Positions 63,002 to 64,000 of a stretch of DNA of 64,000 nucleotides are shown here, piece by piece. The notes under the pieces are model-generated. The model had not been told where the DNA came from, ran no database searches, and saw only the letters and a list, made by a program, of their open reading frames with translations. This stretch comes from Octopus bimaculoides (Eukaryota), in contig NC_068986.1 in NCBI RefSeq assembly GCF_001194135.2, positions 59,803,967-59,867,966 on the forward strand, in the 5' to 3' direction. Within the stretch, counting starts at the first letter, position 1. Each line of letters starts with the position of its first letter. Made by a program: the position numbers and the translations under genes.

Positions 63002-64000
63002 TGTTGTAATCTAACGTTGGATTGTTATAATGTCCACTCCGGTATAGCAGTACAGTTAGTTAGACAAGACATGACTATCTATGACTAACTACCCCGACTT
63101 CTTGACATCACAGTATTTGTAGTGACTAGAACATACCACTCGTCACGGGGGTTACAGCTTGGTTTAGTTCCAACTTAGCAAGAATCCTTGTTTTACTTCT
63201 GTGTCTTTTTCTGAAGTTAGTTCCTGAGTAAATACCAAGCATTTGAACATATCTGGAGGTAACTCTGCTAGCATATGTGATGTAGACCTCCTCATTGTTT
63301 TCTAGGTTAAAACATTTCCAGTGTGTATTGAACAATGAGCTCTTCTCACAAAAAAGTTTACACAATATGTCTATTGCATTTCTAAAGTTTATGCCAGAAG
63401 GTTTTTTGGGGAGTATGTAATTACTGTAACACTCATGTTCTCCTGCCGCCAGTTTTCTAAGGATTAGATGTGTTTTCATATAATCATCCCAATCTTTGCA
63501 CTCTTTATTGAAGATTTGTTTGTATCCTCTACAGTATGCCTCGAAGGTAACTCCTTTGTCTGGTTCTTATTTAAATTCCATTATTGAGTTTGCAACATAC
63601 TCTGGCAAGAACATCTTTACAACATATTTTGATGACTTACTATTCATTAATTTTAGCATTTGTTGCTGTAATGGCAATTGTTGTTGTTCTTCTTGCAGTT
63701 GTCACTGTTTTTCCAGCTTGAGCAAACTGGCCAACAATTCTTCCATAATTTTACAATTTTGTATACTCTAAAATTCTCACAAAAAAACTTTTGTAAATTT
63801 TGTAACACTGTGAGTTTGTTTAATCCTTGTGAGTTTGTTAATTCCTCGTGAGTTTGTTAATTCCTCTGAATTTGTTAATTCCTTGTTTCGACTGTTGTAA
63901 TCCAACATAGGACTGTTAAAACGTCCACCCTGGTATAGCAGTATAGTTAGACAAGTAAGACATGACTATCTATGACCAACTACCATGACTTCTCGATGTC
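63002..64000 (-). mobile_element. Short LTR element: two ~110-bp direct repeats around a decayed Ty3/Gypsy (K02A2.6/Mag-like) gag remnant
   Basis: 63002-63112 (TGT...ACA) recurs from 63893 to the window end. The internal frame reads LRKL.A.EHE.YSNYILPKKP..F...L.K.F.EKSSLFN.W.C.NL, and no pol is visible. Confidence 0.75.
63809..63883. repeat. Minisatellite, 4 x 18-19 bp (tgtgagtttgttaattcct)
   Basis: Units start at 63809, 63828, 63847 and 63866, in the leader of the LTR element. Confidence 0.85.

Overview
AT-rich, repeat-dominated eukaryotic DNA from a draft assembly with N gaps. The SINE families, dense microsatellites and LINE content look like Octopus (inference from recalled repeat families, not searched). 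No complete intact protein-coding gene is visible, and the long ORF-track hits are N runs, microsatellites or transposon remnants. Transposable elements include three decayed RTE-clade LINEs with a PHD-like finger, two R4/Dong LINEs ending in (TAA)n, two CR1/L2-type fragments, a Penelope-like element (GIY-YIG), two mariner elements, a Tc1 remnant, several MITEs, a gag-only LTR element and many tRNA-derived SINEs. Several well-bounded minus-strand exon candidates and two RFX X-box motifs suggest an unidentified, possibly ciliary, host gene with large introns. The most notable signal is a set of seven type I hammerhead-ribozyme-like motifs in different repeat contexts. Each has a self-complementary stem III, the hallmark of the minimal Penelope-associated hammerheads that cleave as dimers. 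Two keep an essentially intact fold, and one sits in the tail of a tRNA-headed SINE.
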